A DNA stretch of 64,000 bases, taken from Lama glama (Eukaryota). The position numbers were made by a program, and so were the translations under genes. This document shows positions 51,570 to 64,000 of this stretch, piece after piece; positions within the stretch are counted from its first letter, which is position 1; each line of letters opens with the position of its first letter. The DNA lies in assembly GCA_028534125.1 (NCBI GenBank), contig CM052818.1, positions 11,906,001 to 11,970,000 on the forward strand, given 5' to 3'. The notes under the pieces were generated by a model. It ran no database searches. It saw nothing but the letters and a program-made list of their open reading frames with translations, and had not been told where the DNA came from.

Positions 51570-53495
51570 AAAATTTTTTTATTGAAGTACAGTAAGTTAC
51601 AATGTGTCAATTTCTGGTGTACTGCGCAATGTCCCAGTCATGCATATACATACATATATTTGTTTTCATACTCTTTTTTTGTAAAAGATTATTACAAAGT
51701 GTTGAATATAGTTCCCTATGCTATACGGAAGAAATTTGATTTTTTTATATCTATTTTTATATACAGTGGTTAACATTTGCAAATATCACTCAAATTTATC
51801 CTTCCCACCCCCTTTCCCCCGGTAAACATAAGATTGTTTACTACCTGTCTGCGAGTCTGTTCCTGTTTTGTAGATGAGTTCATTAGTGCCCTCTTTTTTT
51901 CCTTTTTTTTATATTCCACATATGAGTGATATCATAAGGTATTTTTCTTTCTCTTTCTGGCTTCACTTAGAATGACGATCTCTAGGTCCATCTGTGTTGC
52001 TGTAAGTGTCATTATTTTATTCTTTTTTGTGACTGAGTAGTATTCCATTGTATAAATATACCAGGACTTCTTTATCTAGTCATCTGTCGATGGACATTTA
52101 GGTTGCTTCCATGTCTTGGCTATTGTATATAGTGCTTCTATGAACATTGGGGTGCTCTATCTTTTTGAATTAGAGTTCCCTACAGATATATGCCCAGGAG
52201 TGAGATTGCTGGATCATATAGTAAGTCTATTTTTAGTTTTTTGAGGACTCCTCATACTGTTTTCCGTAACAGCTGCTCCAAACTACATTGCCACCAACAG
52301 TGTAGGAGGGTTTTCTTCTCTATAGCCTCTCCAGCATTTATCATTTGTGGATTTTTGAATGATGGCCATTCTGACTGGTGTTAGGTGATACCTTATTGTA
52401 GTTTTGATTTTCATTATTCTGATAGTGATATTGAGCATTTTTTCATGTGCCTATTGGCCATTTGTATGTGTTCATTGGAGAATTGCTTGTTTAGGTCTTC
52501 TGCCCATTTTCGGATTGGGTTTTTGTTGTTGTTGTTGTATGAGCTGTTTATATGTTCTGGAAATTAAACCTTTGTCAGTTGCATCATTTGCAAGCATTTT
52601 CTCGCATTCCGTAGGTGGTTGTTTTGTTTTACTTAAACAGTTTCCTTTTTATGCAAAAGCTTGTAAGTGTAATTAGGTCCAATTTGTTTATTTTTGCTCT
52701 TATTTCTATTGCCTGGATAGACTGCCCTAGGAGAACACAGCTAAGATTTAAACCAGAGAATGTTTGCCTATGTTTTCTTCTAGGAGGTTTATTGTGTCTT
52801 TTCTTATATGTTGAAGTCTTTAAGCCATTTTGAGTTTATTTTTGTGTGTGGTGTGAAGTGTTCTGACTTCGTTGACTTACATGCAACTATACAGCTTTTC
52901 CAACACCACTTGCTGAAGAGACTGTTTTCACTCCATTGTATATTCTTGCCCCCTTTGTCAAAGATTAATTGATCATAGGTCTGTGGGTTTATTTCTGGGC
53001 TCTGTTCTGTTCCATTGATCTGTCTGTCTGCTTTTATGTCAGTACTACACTGTTTTGATTTCTGTAGCTCTGTACTATTGTCTGAAGTCTAGGAGGGTTA
53101 ATCCTCCAGCTTTTTTCCTTTTCTTCAATATCGCTTTAGCAGTTCTGGCTCTTTTGTGATTCTATGTAAATTTTAGGATTATTTGTTCTAGGTTCCGTGA
53201 AAAATGTCCTGGGTAATTTGATAGGGATCACATTAAATCTGTAGATTGCCTTGGGCACTATCACCATTTTAACGATATTGATTCTTCCAGTCCAAGAACA
53301 TATGATATTTTTTTTCAGTTCTCTAAGTCATCTTTAATTTCCTTAATCAGTATTTCATGGTTCTCCTTGTATAAGTCTTTCACCTCTTTGGTCCGATTTA
53401 TTCCTCAGTATTTATTGTTTTGGATGCAATTTTTAAAGGGATTGTTTCTTTACTTTCTTTTCTTGCTGTTGTTAGTATAAAAAAGTGCAACTGCC
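51570..53495 (-). mobile_element. 5'-truncated, relatively young L1 (3' UTR plus ORF2 C-terminal part)
   Basis: Poly-T plus ttattgaagtacagt..., classical antisense ORF2 text (ttttcccaacaccacttgctgaagagactg-like; taaatctgtagattgccttggg). Abuts an older L1MA 3' end at ~51385-51540. Confidence 0.9.
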
Positions 53496-54059
53496 TGACT
53501 TTTTTGGGGTCAGTTTTCTTGTTGCTGTTATGGAGGGGAGAATTTTAGGGACTTCTGATTGCCATTTTCATTGACATGACCCAGTATATTTAGTTTTATA
53601 CCTACCATCTTGCTATATGTTTTCTATTTATTTCACTAATTTTGTATTTTTTCTTTTCATATGTCTTTATTAGAATTAGTCACACAGTTTTACTATATTT
53701 TTCTTTCTCTTGATTTGTTAGGTATACTTTTTTTTTTTACTATTCTTTTAGAGATTACAATGTTGTAATACATTTGCCATACATATGGCAAAACCTATGT
53801 TGTTACCTTTACCAATTTTCTTATATTGTGAGGATCTAAAACTCTTTAATGCATTTTCTTCCCTTTCACTTGGCTGTGTTATTGTTATAATGCACTTTAA
53901 CTCTATATTTAAATGTGACAAACTTTTTTGTTATTCTTAAAGCAGTATTTTTATACATACAGAAATAATTATTATTCCCAGGGTTCTTCATTCCTTCCCT
54001 CCTGCATTTCTATCCTTCTGTCTAGAATAATTTTCCTCCTGGATAAAGAATTCTTTTTA

Positions 54060-54975
54060 GTATTTTTTATGGGGGTATAATTGACGTATAACATTATATT
54101 AGTTTCAGGTGTAGAACGTAATTATTAGATATGTATGTATTATGAAAGCATCACCACAACAAGTCTAATTAATAGTTAACATCCATAACCACACATAGTT
54201 ATATTTTTTTTTCTTGTGATGGTAACTTTGAAAATTTATTGCTCTTTAGCAACTTTCAAATATACAATAGCACTGACCTTTGAACAACACAGGTCCTTAT
54301 ATGTGGGTTTTTTTTTCTTTTTCAATGAATATGTACTACAGTGCTATACAGTATGCAGTCAGTTGAATCTGTGAGTGTGGAACTGCAGATATGGAGGGCT
54401 AGCTGTAAAGTTATAGGTAGGTTTCTGACTCTGTTGTGGGGGGAGTCGGTGCCCCTAACCCCCAAATTGTTCAAGAATCAACTGTTCAATATTATTAACT
54501 AAGTCACTATGCTGTACATGACATCTGTATTAATTATTTATTTTCTAACTGGAAGTCCATACCTTTTGACCTTCAGTCATTTCACCCACCACCTATGTCA
54601 ACCACCAGGCTGTCTCTGTATCTATGAATTCAGTTTTTTTTTTTAAAGATGTCACATATAAGTGAGATCACCCAGTATTTGTGTTTTTCTGTCTGACTTA
54701 TTTCTCTTAGCTTAATGCCCTCAAGATCTATCCATGTTGTTTTCTTTTTTAATGGGTGAAAAGTATTCCATTGTGTATATAAATGTGTCTGTGTTTTCTT
54801 TATCCATTTTTCTATCAGTGGACAGTTAGGTTGTTCCCATGTTTTGGGTATTGTAAATAATGCTACAGTAAACATAGGTATGCAGATACCTCTGTGACAT
54901 TGTGATTTTGTTTCCTTCGGTCATGTACCTAGAAGTAGAATTACTGGATATATGGAAGTTCCAGTTTTAGTTTTA
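54060..54975 (-). mobile_element. L1MA/MB 3' end with a Tigger insertion
   Basis: gtataattgacgtataacattatattagtttcaggtgta...; ORF 54630-54875 (MFTVALFTIPKTWEQPNCP) is the L1 ORF2 C-terminus. Confidence 0.85.
54270..54484. mobile_element. Tigger2/MER8-like MITE (TcMar-Tigger)
   Basis: Inverted termini ctgacctttgaacaa ... ttgttcaagaatcaactg, resembling the CAGTTGACCCTTGAACAA TIR. Confidence 0.75.
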
Positions 54976-55289
54976 GCTTGCATACAGATTTGCATCTTCC
55001 TTCTGGATTTTTTCTCTTACAATTAAATGTTTCTTTTTGTGTCTAGTAGTATGTATTGCCTTGATGTCTACTTTGTGAGATATTGGTATAACTTTGCTAA
55101 ATTTTAATGATGTGTTGAAATTCTCCATTGTTTTCTCTATTTTTTTGTAATTATCTTAGATAGTTTTCTACCTACTCTTGTAGTCTAGATCCCCTGAAGT
55201 CTTGTTTTTTTTTTTTTTTTTCTTGTGGTTTTCTATCATATAGCCATGGATCTTGGCATTCCTAGGAGTTTTATTAATTTTTTAAAAAT

Positions 55290-55970
55290 AGATTTAATGT
55301 TTTTTAGAGTGGTTTTAAGTTCACAGCAAAATTGAGAGGAGGTACCTAGATTTTCCATATACTTTCTGCCCCCAAATACACGCATAGACTCTCCTTATCC
55401 GTATCCCCTGTCTGAGTGGTACATTTGTTGCAATGGCTGTACCTACACTGACACGCTGTTATCACCCCAGAACCAAAGTTTGCATTAGGATTTACTCTTG
55501 ACGATGTACTTTTTTGGGTTTGGACATGGCATGTATCTGCCATTATAGTGTCATACACAGCAGTTTCACTGCCCTGAAAGTCCTTTATGTTCCACCTGTT
55601 CATCCCTCTCTCTCCTCTAACCCCTGGCAACCGCTGCTCTTTTTAAGTGTCTCGAAAGTTTTGCCTTTTCCAGAATATCATGTGGTTGGAATCACACATT
55701 ATGAAGCCTTTTTCAGATTGACTCATTTTACTTAATGATATGTATTTAAATTTCCTCTCAGTCTTTTCATGGCTCATTAGCTCATTTGTTTTTAGCACTG
55801 AGTAATATTCCACTGTCTAGATTATCCCCGGTTTATCCATTCACCTGCTGAAGAACATCTTGGTTGCTTCCAAGTTTTGGCAGTTATGAATAAAGCTGCT
55901 GTAAACATCTCTGTACAGGTTTTTCCTGTGGATGTAATTTTTCAACTCTGTTGAATAAATACCAAGGCCT
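55290..55970 (-). mobile_element. L1MA8/9-like 3' end
   Basis: ttttaagttcacagcaaaattgagaggaggtac...ttttgccttttccagaatatcatgtggttggaatcac. Confidence 0.85.
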
Positions 55971-58900
55971 GGACTTTTCTTTTTTTTTAACAGTAAACAG
56001 TAAAGGTTTTTTCTTTGTTTTCACAGGGACTTTTTTCCACTGGTGGGCTCTAAATTCTAATTATTTTCTCCTCAGTATTATGAGATTTCTAAATATTATC
56101 CTTTGTTTTTCATTGGCTTTCTGCTTGACTTTTTATCCTCTTATCCTTTGCAGTTTAAGGATTTATCAAAAGTTTTGATGGAGAATTGCCGGAATATTTT
56201 TAGGCCAAGGTCTGTGACCCTACCTTTTCACAAGATTCTGGTCCTTAAAGTCTGTTATTTTTCCACTAGATTCTGGCCTTTTAAGTCTGTTATTTTTATT
56301 TCTCTGTCTTCAAGAGATTGTCAGAAATGCTGTTAGATTTGGTTTTTTATGTGTTTTGGGTTTTTTTGCTACTTAGCTCATAGCTCTCTGTCTGCACTGT
56401 TTGCCCAGATCCTCCTTGCCTTGCCCTGTGCCCAGAATTGGTAAATACCCTGAGGGAAAAATGGCTGAAATGTGGCTTACCTCTTCTTTGTTCCCCCTTC
56501 TTCAGGACCTTGGTACTTCAAGTCCTGGTTGCCTTAGCAGTTCTTTGATGCCTTCAAACTTTTTTTTCTTCCTTTTCCCTTTTATCAGACCACTCTAGTT
56601 GTTCTCAGTGGGAGTTTTGTTCTGTAGTAAGGTACTCCATTTTAGCCAGAAATGGATGATGCATATAGTTTTAAATGTGCTATTTAAGATATTATTGAGG
56701 ACTGGTTAATGTTTATTCATGAGCTTATGCTTTATTTGATAAGGCATCATTCCTGAATAGGATTTGAGATGGATGAAATCTTTTTAATAAAATTTAGCAA
56801 AACCCTGGAGGGGAGAGACAGAAGACAAGTAATGAATTGAGATGCCCAAGTCACAGTTCTGCTGAGGTTATTAACATTTGTTTTGAGGCAGTGATGTCAT
56901 GGATCTGGTCATTCTTTGGATTTTAAAATGATAGAAAAGAGAAAGGTTATTTTGTCTTATTTTCAAATGGTTAAATGTTAAGATTTTGGTGTTTAGAGGA
57001 TAGTTAAGAATGTAGGAAGGGTTTGAGAAGGGAAGAAGTGTTCTTCTAGTTTTATTTCTGTTATTTTGATATAATGAGTTTGAGGCAGTTTTCTAAGTAG
57101 ATGTGACATGATTCGGAGAACTCCAGTAATGAAAATTAATTGAAGCATTGAGTATGCAGATACCAGATTTTTAAATCATTTATTTTTTTTCACCTATTAC
57201 TTACTGAATGCCTGCAGTGTAAGATATTGAAGATACAGAAACAAGACAAGATTCCTCAAGAAACTTAAGTAGTCGAGTCAGAATTTAAGTAGATGGTCCC
57301 AGTGGTACTTACTTCTGTGATAAGTACTATGGAATATACTCATTGGATTTTTTGAGAACTGTTAGTAACAAAGTTATAAGAGAAATAGTGCAAGTGTATG
57401 AAATATTTTATGGAATATTTTATGGAATAAATGCTTTTATAGATACAGCGTATTGACTTTTGCTTTGTACACATTGTTCTGATATGGGAGAAAAAGGAAC
57501 GCATCTCTAACTTAGGTAATAGATGAAAGCCAAAGGTAAGGGTATAAACAGCTCTGCTGTAGATTTCACCGCAATATAAATGTTTGTCTTCCTCTTAGAC
57601 TCAGATTATTATATGTAGGAACTTCCATGTATAAGTTTCTGTTGTATACCACTGACTGCTAGCCACTTTATAGAATTCTTGTTAGAATAAGTTTCAAGAT
57701 AAATATGTTTATTCCCAACTTTGTGTATGAGATGAGTGTATATTACCAAGCTGGCTGTGTACCAGTGCTCATGCATTTGGTGTGAATGATGCTCCCTGGA
57801 GTTGTGCTATCAGGATAACTCTGATATGGACTCTTTATAAAGTTCCCTCAAGTACTCGGACATAGTCACACTTCGAGGGGTAACCAAATATCATTATGGA
57901 TAAAATTGGCCAAATGCAAAATGATACCTTCAGAATCTGTTGCTTAGATTTGTGGAAGATCATAGTTTAATTATAGTGATAGACTGCATAATCAAATTAG
58001 AATATACTTGCTGTTACCTAATTATTTGTTCGTAGTTTTTACAAATAAATATTATGTTAGCAGAAAAGTTGTCTACATGGATTGTGAGAAGCCAAATAAG
58101 ATTATGTTAGTATTTATCCAACACTGGAAAAGTTAAGAAAATCTTTCAATTTTATTTTTGACTTAATTCTTAAATCAGGTCTGGTATACTGATACACTGA
58201 TACTAGGTTTCAGGACCATCAAAGCTGAAAATGAGACCTGAACTCTGCTGTCCCAATATTAGAATTGCTACCTTTTGAGGCCCTGCCTGAGCAGCCGCCT
58301 AGCTTCTTAATTTAAATTATCTTTTAAAATGACACACATTATGATTTGTGTGACAAATTGATATAAATGGATTTTCAGAATCTTCATAATTCCTAGACCA
58401 TGTCAATATGTCTATATTTTACTTACACTCTAAATAGTAATCTTGTAGGTTTGATAGTGTAATAGTAAAAATCTGATAATAACAGAAAAATCTCTAAGAT
58501 TAGGAAGACCTTGCTGTGTTTTTAAATTACATACTTGACACATCTAATTAACTCTATAGGATCAGGCATTATCAAAAATTAAGTTAGAAAAAAGAAATAT
58601 GTAAAGTATGATTGAAATCTTTGCATTTTCCCCTATACTCACATACTTCTTGTAAAAAAACAGAAATTACTTTTTTTAAAAACAGAAATGAATTAGTAGC
58701 TGACCTTAAGTTTGATTAGTATTATTGTAATTTTTATACTTGTTTCAACTTCTGTAAAAACAAGTTGTCCTGAGAGTAAGATGAAGTTGTTGATGATTTT
58801 CGTGTTACACTGGCTCACAAAGGTGAGTGATGCAAAAAAGTGTCTTGATGGATTCTGTTAATTTCTGTTTGTGGTGTTTTACAGAATGGCTCATTAAAAC

Positions 58901-60472
58901 AATAAGAATTAAACAGACTCCTTGAGGTTTAACAGGATTTTCTGTTTGGTATTAATAATATCCTGAGGTTGAAAGTAGTGTTTGCTTTATAGAATGGCTG
59001 ATCTATATCCCGCTTTAACTAGGATAGTCCTGTCTTGTGCCTTATTCTGGCCCCTTTCAGCCTCAAAAGTGTCCCAGTTTGAAAGAAATGCGTAGCCACT
59101 TGTAGGATATCTTCTGTTTATTTTAATAGTCACATGGCCTAAGATAATTCAGCGATTAAATGGTTCTAATAGAGGGTAGTAATCTGATGGTTTTGTCCTT
59201 TTTAGATAGCATATTTATCAGTTAGAGTGAGTAGAATTAAGCTATTTGGTCTTTCAAATTTGTGAGAGAAAGGGCTGAGTTTTACTAAATTTGTTGTGTT
59301 GCTGAAAGATTGTCAGTATTTATTAAATTAGATTTTTAATTAAGTCCATTATTTTGGTATTGGACTTAGAGAAAATGTCACCATCAATGAAGTAATTCTC
59401 AATGCATTTCAAGATACTATATAGCATATTGGGAGAAATGGAGATACTTGTTAATAAATTAATTCCAGTAACTAGACAAGGGTTTTTAATGATGGCTTTT
59501 CAGCTGTGTGACCTGGAGTAAGTAACGTAACCTCTCAGGGCCACATTTTCTTCATTTTTCAGATACTTAGTAATGAGGGTTGAAAAGAAACATGAGTTAT
59601 GTGACTCAGACAATTCCTTGTGTAAAGTAAATATAAAGTTATTAAGACATTAGTTCACCAAAAAATGTCGGACTATATGTGAGTTTTACAGCACTTAGTG
59701 TTATGATTTCATTATAACCAGTAATGATAATTTTTGTTGTATAAATGCGTAAGAACATAGATAATAAAAGTATGATTTTCATTCTAAATTACCTTTATAA
59801 ATAGAGTGCTTTTTCCTCATGCATATATCCAAATCATTGAATGCAGATTATCTAATAGTGGAAAAATTGTCTTTCTAAATTGGTAATGTTTATAGTATCT
59901 AAACAGAATTTGCATATAGTTATTTAAAACTTAACATGTGAATCAGTAAATGAACCAGTCTGCCAGCAGCTTGTCTATGTTCTATAATATATATAGAGCA
60001 TTAACACTTTCATAGATACATAAAACTTTCATTTTCCTTTAAACTTATTTGATTGGGAGGCAGAAACTTTCATAAAAAAAAAGGCAGTATGAGAATTTTG
60101 AGAAAGATGGTCCTTTTAGGCTAAAGATAATTTAGGAAGGTTCTTAGAGGAGGTAGATATTGGGAAAGCTTGGAAGGAATGTGGAAAGCCTTAAAGGGAC
60201 TGGTAGGGACAGGACTGTAGTGATGGAAACGTGCAATTCATTCTTGGACTTCGGAGTGGATCAGTTGCTCTCATAAGAGGATAAGTATCAGAGCCAGACT
60301 GGAAGGTCTTGACTGGTATACTAGGGATGCTTTATATGCAGGTGATGGGGACTCACTGAATATTTTTGAACAAGAGGTTGATATGATTAAAAATATGACT
60401 AGGAAGATTAGTTAATAGAAAGCAGGATAGGTTGGTATACAGAAGAGACAGGAAGTAAAAATGTCAGGTTTT

Positions 60473-60631
60473 GTTTTTGTTTTTTAAATTTTTATTTACT
60501 CTTTTAATTTGGTAGGGGGTGGGGAGGAGGTAATTAGATTTGTTTATTTTTAGGGGAGGTATTGGGGATTGAACCCAGGTCCTCGTGCATGCTAAGCATG
60601 CGCTCTACTGCTTGAGCTATACCCTACCCCC
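60473..60631 (-). mobile_element. Full-length Vic-1-like SINE
   Basis: Perfect 13-bp TSD AATGTCAGGTTTT (60460-60472, 60632-60644); tRNA head plus ggaggtaattag tail. Inserted in an L2 relic (~60080-60470). Confidence 0.9.
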
Positions 60632-61419
60632 AATGTCAGGTTTTTTGAAGTAGTTAATGCTTCAAACTTGAGAGTAGAAATGGAAACTTGGGTACTTTAA
60701 TAAAACATGAAAGTCTTCAGTCTGCCTTTTGACATTATTACTACATAAATGCATCTAGATATTTAAAGAGAAGAAAAGCTGTGTAACTTAAGCTTTTGGT
60801 CAAAATAAGTACAGTATCTCAAGAGATAAAGCACATTCATTCTGTTCTTCTGTACTGATAACATTCACCTATTAACAGGAACAACAAAACCCTCTCTGAA
60901 GCTTAAGTATTAATACCCTTTTCAGATGTTTAAAAAAATAGCTGTTGAAGTTTAGTGCCATTTTAGTTATTGTAGGCAGTAAAGAAATGCAGCAAATGAT
61001 AAATGTGAAGTAAAGTACAAAAAGTATTCTATTTTATTTCTTCAGATTTTTTATTTATAGTTTTATATATTCTTAGTCAAATTTAGAATATGTCTAGCTA
61101 AGTAATAATACCTAAATTCCTTCTAAATATAAATTTAAAATGTGATTTTTCAAAAATTTAAACTTTCCAATGATAAAATTTTTCTAAATGTATTATTTAA
61201 ATGAATAGAAATTATTTCATATTGTCTGAATTGAGATATCCAACTTAACAATAAAATAGAACATTTGAAATAGCCTTTTTTTAAGAAAAATTGATTTTGA
61301 TATTACTTGTGAGAGCTTATTACTGTTTTTCCCCTTTAATAGTTCCTCCATCGACCAAACATTAAGGTATTCTTTTCTACGTAAAGGTATTATTTTCTAT
61401 CATAAATAGATAGAAATAT

Positions 61420-62140
61420 GCTTATTAGTTAAGGTACAGGCTGAGCTGTTGTTAACAAAGAGAACACCAAATTCTCAGTGTTTTAAACAAGATAGAATTT
61501 TATTCATCATTCAACAGCTCAGAGGTAGGCAGGTGGTCAAGAGTGAGTTGGTGGCTTTGTTTCACAAGGTCATCCAAAAGCCTGGGTTTCTTTTATTTGC
61601 TTTTCAACCATCCACCGTGGCTGCATTGTTCAGCATAGTAGCCACATGTAACTATGACATTTATATTTAAATTAACTTAAATTAGAAATTTAACGTTCAT
61701 TGTAGTTAAAGTCCTCCATAGCTGCACCTGGCTGGTGACTACTGTTTTGGACAGTGCAGATGTAGAATACCCACATCACTGCAGCAAGTTCTGTTAGTCA
61801 GATCTGCACTAAGAGAGTTGTTGTTGTCTGCACAGTCTTTGCTGGCTCAAATTGGCCTAAGTTCTAGTCTACAGGAAGGGAAACATGGGAGGGTCAGGGA
61901 GATGGGCAGCCACAGTTTTGTTATAAATGATCCAAAGGATGCATATATCACTTCTGCTTACAGTACATTGGCCAAAATTTGGTGATATGCTAACACCCAA
62001 GGGCAATTGTAAGAGTTGCTGTCTGGATGGAGTGGACCCAGCTAAAACTCAGTTTAGCCAGGAGTGCTGTGGAGGCAGGGATCCACCAAAATGGAGAAGG
62101 TGAGAGTATATATTAGAGGACATTTGCCAATCTGGGTCAC
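61420..62140. mobile_element. MLT1-type LTR with an internal MER3/MER33-like insertion (~61615-61810)
   Basis: tattagttaaggtacaggctgagctgttgttaacaaaga...atcacttctgcttacagtacattggccaaaa; insert tagtagccacatgtaact...ttggacagtgcagatgtagaat. Confidence 0.65.
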
Positions 62141-64000
62141 AAGTACTCAACATGTTAATAATCACAATTAGGTTTCTCCCTAATCCCCAAAGTAGACAGG
62201 AATCAACAGGGTAAGATATTTAATTTTAAATGACCATGTGGAGATTAACCTGAAATTATAATTTTTTAAAAAATTTGAATTATGTCTTAAGGTTTAACAA
62301 AATTAATCTTGTAATCATTTTGACTGCAAGGCAGTATATCGAGCACGAGCCTGTTTTTCTCTAGTACATTAGTTTTATGTCTTAAACTTTGTGAAAAGAT
62401 ATTCTTTTGTTTGTGTGCCTGCAAACAAAGGACTAGAACTTGAGTTTCTTTCTGTCTTATTTTATAGATGTTCTGTGATGATTTTGAACATGTTGATGCT
62501 GAGCAGCAGTGTGAAGTATGAAAAGTACTAGTTGGTGATTTAGTTGTTCCTTCTCTCTCCCTATTCCTTCTTGCTCTCTGTATATATTTATCATGGTTCT
62601 AAACTATTTAGGGCTTACAATGAAAAGCAGCAGGCTTTTTCCACACCATTTCCCATCCCTGGTCTTACTCTTTGAAACAAACACTCTGAAATTTTCATGT
62701 TTACAACCTCCATATTTCTAAAAAATACGCCTATGTTCAACATGGCTTGATTTATCTGGAATAACATTAACTACTATAATGAAAATAGATTTAGCTCATA
62801 TACTACCTTCTCTCTTCCTTCATCACGATTTTTCTTATATTAGCTTTAATATTTCTTAAACTTCTTTCATGTCTGTTCAATTAAAGATGGCATCTCTTAC
62901 TCTCAAATTAGTAATTACAATTTTTAACGTTTCTAATCTTCCTTCCTCATATCTTTCCCTTTTCTACTACTCAGTTTTTGTTGTTTCTTTTAAATTTCAT
63001 TGATCAAATACACTTACATTAGTTTCTGTAACTATAATTAAGCCTTCTAGTTTTGTCTGTTGCTGAATTCTAAAAATTGTTATTAGTAAGCAGTTTGATT
63101 TTTTTATGACTACATAAATATTTTCCACTGAAAAGCTAGTGATCGAACAATTACAATTTTAACATAGCTTTATTGTTTATAATTTAGTTAAAAAATTTCC
63201 TCTTTCCATTTTGGTTTCCTGTATTTTTTTAAAAAATTCTTCAATTAATTTCTTCCCACATATAAGTCTTACTCTAAAAAACATCCGTTTTTTTTTTTTT
63301 GCCATTGTCTCCCTCTTGAAGCCTTCTTTCTGTCTTCTAATCTGTTTTGTCAGCCAGTATTCTTCTAACCACTTTACCTTTTTATAAAGTTTGTTGAAAA
63401 TTTGCTTTGGTTGATTCTATTCCTTGTGCCTTTTATAACTGTGGGTTTATTTCTATCTTTTTAAAAATTCCTTTCTCTGTGTATGTGTGTGTGTGTAGAG
63501 AGAGAGGATATAAACGGGTGTACTCATTTCAGCATCTTGAATCTGAAGTGTTGATATTTTCAAAGAATCAGATGCCCATGTATCTAAACCTTTGAGTCAC
63601 ATTTGATTAAATCTCATGTTCTAATTTTTGGAGGGAGGGGGGTTTGAGATGTTTACAGATACAGCTAAAAGAAAATAATGTTTAACTATATAAAGTCTGA
63701 TATTTTTATGTAAATATTATTTCTAGAATAGTTTTACTTTTGTTTTCTAAGATTCAACTTTTTATAGATCATGATAATTTTATAATTTTTTTCTTTTGAT
63801 AAAGATTGTTGTGTTTTACTTTTTATTCTATTGAATTTATGTATCTTCACAAATGTATTGCCCAGCATTTCTTGAAATTGACCCATTTTACCATTATATC
63901 TGGCCAGTGACTAAAGAGCATATAGTGATGTTAAAAAAAAAGTTTCCTAAGTTGGAAGGCTAATGTTAGTCTTGAACTTTAATAGGTCTTACCGTCAGTC

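Noticed and set aside
58179..58241. Idea that this is the true exon 6 and FANCL is pseudogenised
   Set aside because: Exons 1-5 are intact and highly conserved, while this segment is far more diverged. FANCL intron 5 is long, so the true exon 6 probably lies beyond 64000.
62473..62505. C/D-box-like motifs GTGATGA...CTGA
   Set aside because: The boxes are under 20 nt apart, too short for a snoRNA; better explained as the cassette-exon candidate.
1..64000. CRISPR array, operon or other prokaryote-type system
   Set aside because: No regularly spaced repeat-spacer array or dense ORFs; the sequence is intron-containing mammalian DNA.

Overview
Mammalian genomic DNA, probably a camelid (four tRNA-derived SINEs of the Vic-1 type; no Alu, Bov-A or PRE-1 elements recognised). 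The first ~36.5 kb is non-coding and repeat-rich: L1, L2, MIR, MER5/20, MaLR and ERV1 solo LTRs, and a decayed ERV-L gag-pol. A CpG-island promoter at ~36.6-37.3 kb drives FANCL (Fanconi anaemia core-complex E3 ubiquitin ligase) on the + strand. Coding exons 1-5 (96+59+61+57+101 nt, all GT-AG, frame intact) are present, and intron 5 runs off the end of the window. Almost all ORFs in the supplied track are spurious. I see no convincing novel multi-gene system. The best leads are in intron 5 (an in-frame 48-nt cassette-exon candidate and decayed exon-6-like sequence), plus a MER41-like LTR with a STAT-type motif, a three-level nested transposon insertion and an ancient Gypsy-like integrase relic. 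Repeat family names and reference protein comparisons come from memory, not from a database search, and repeat boundaries are approximate.
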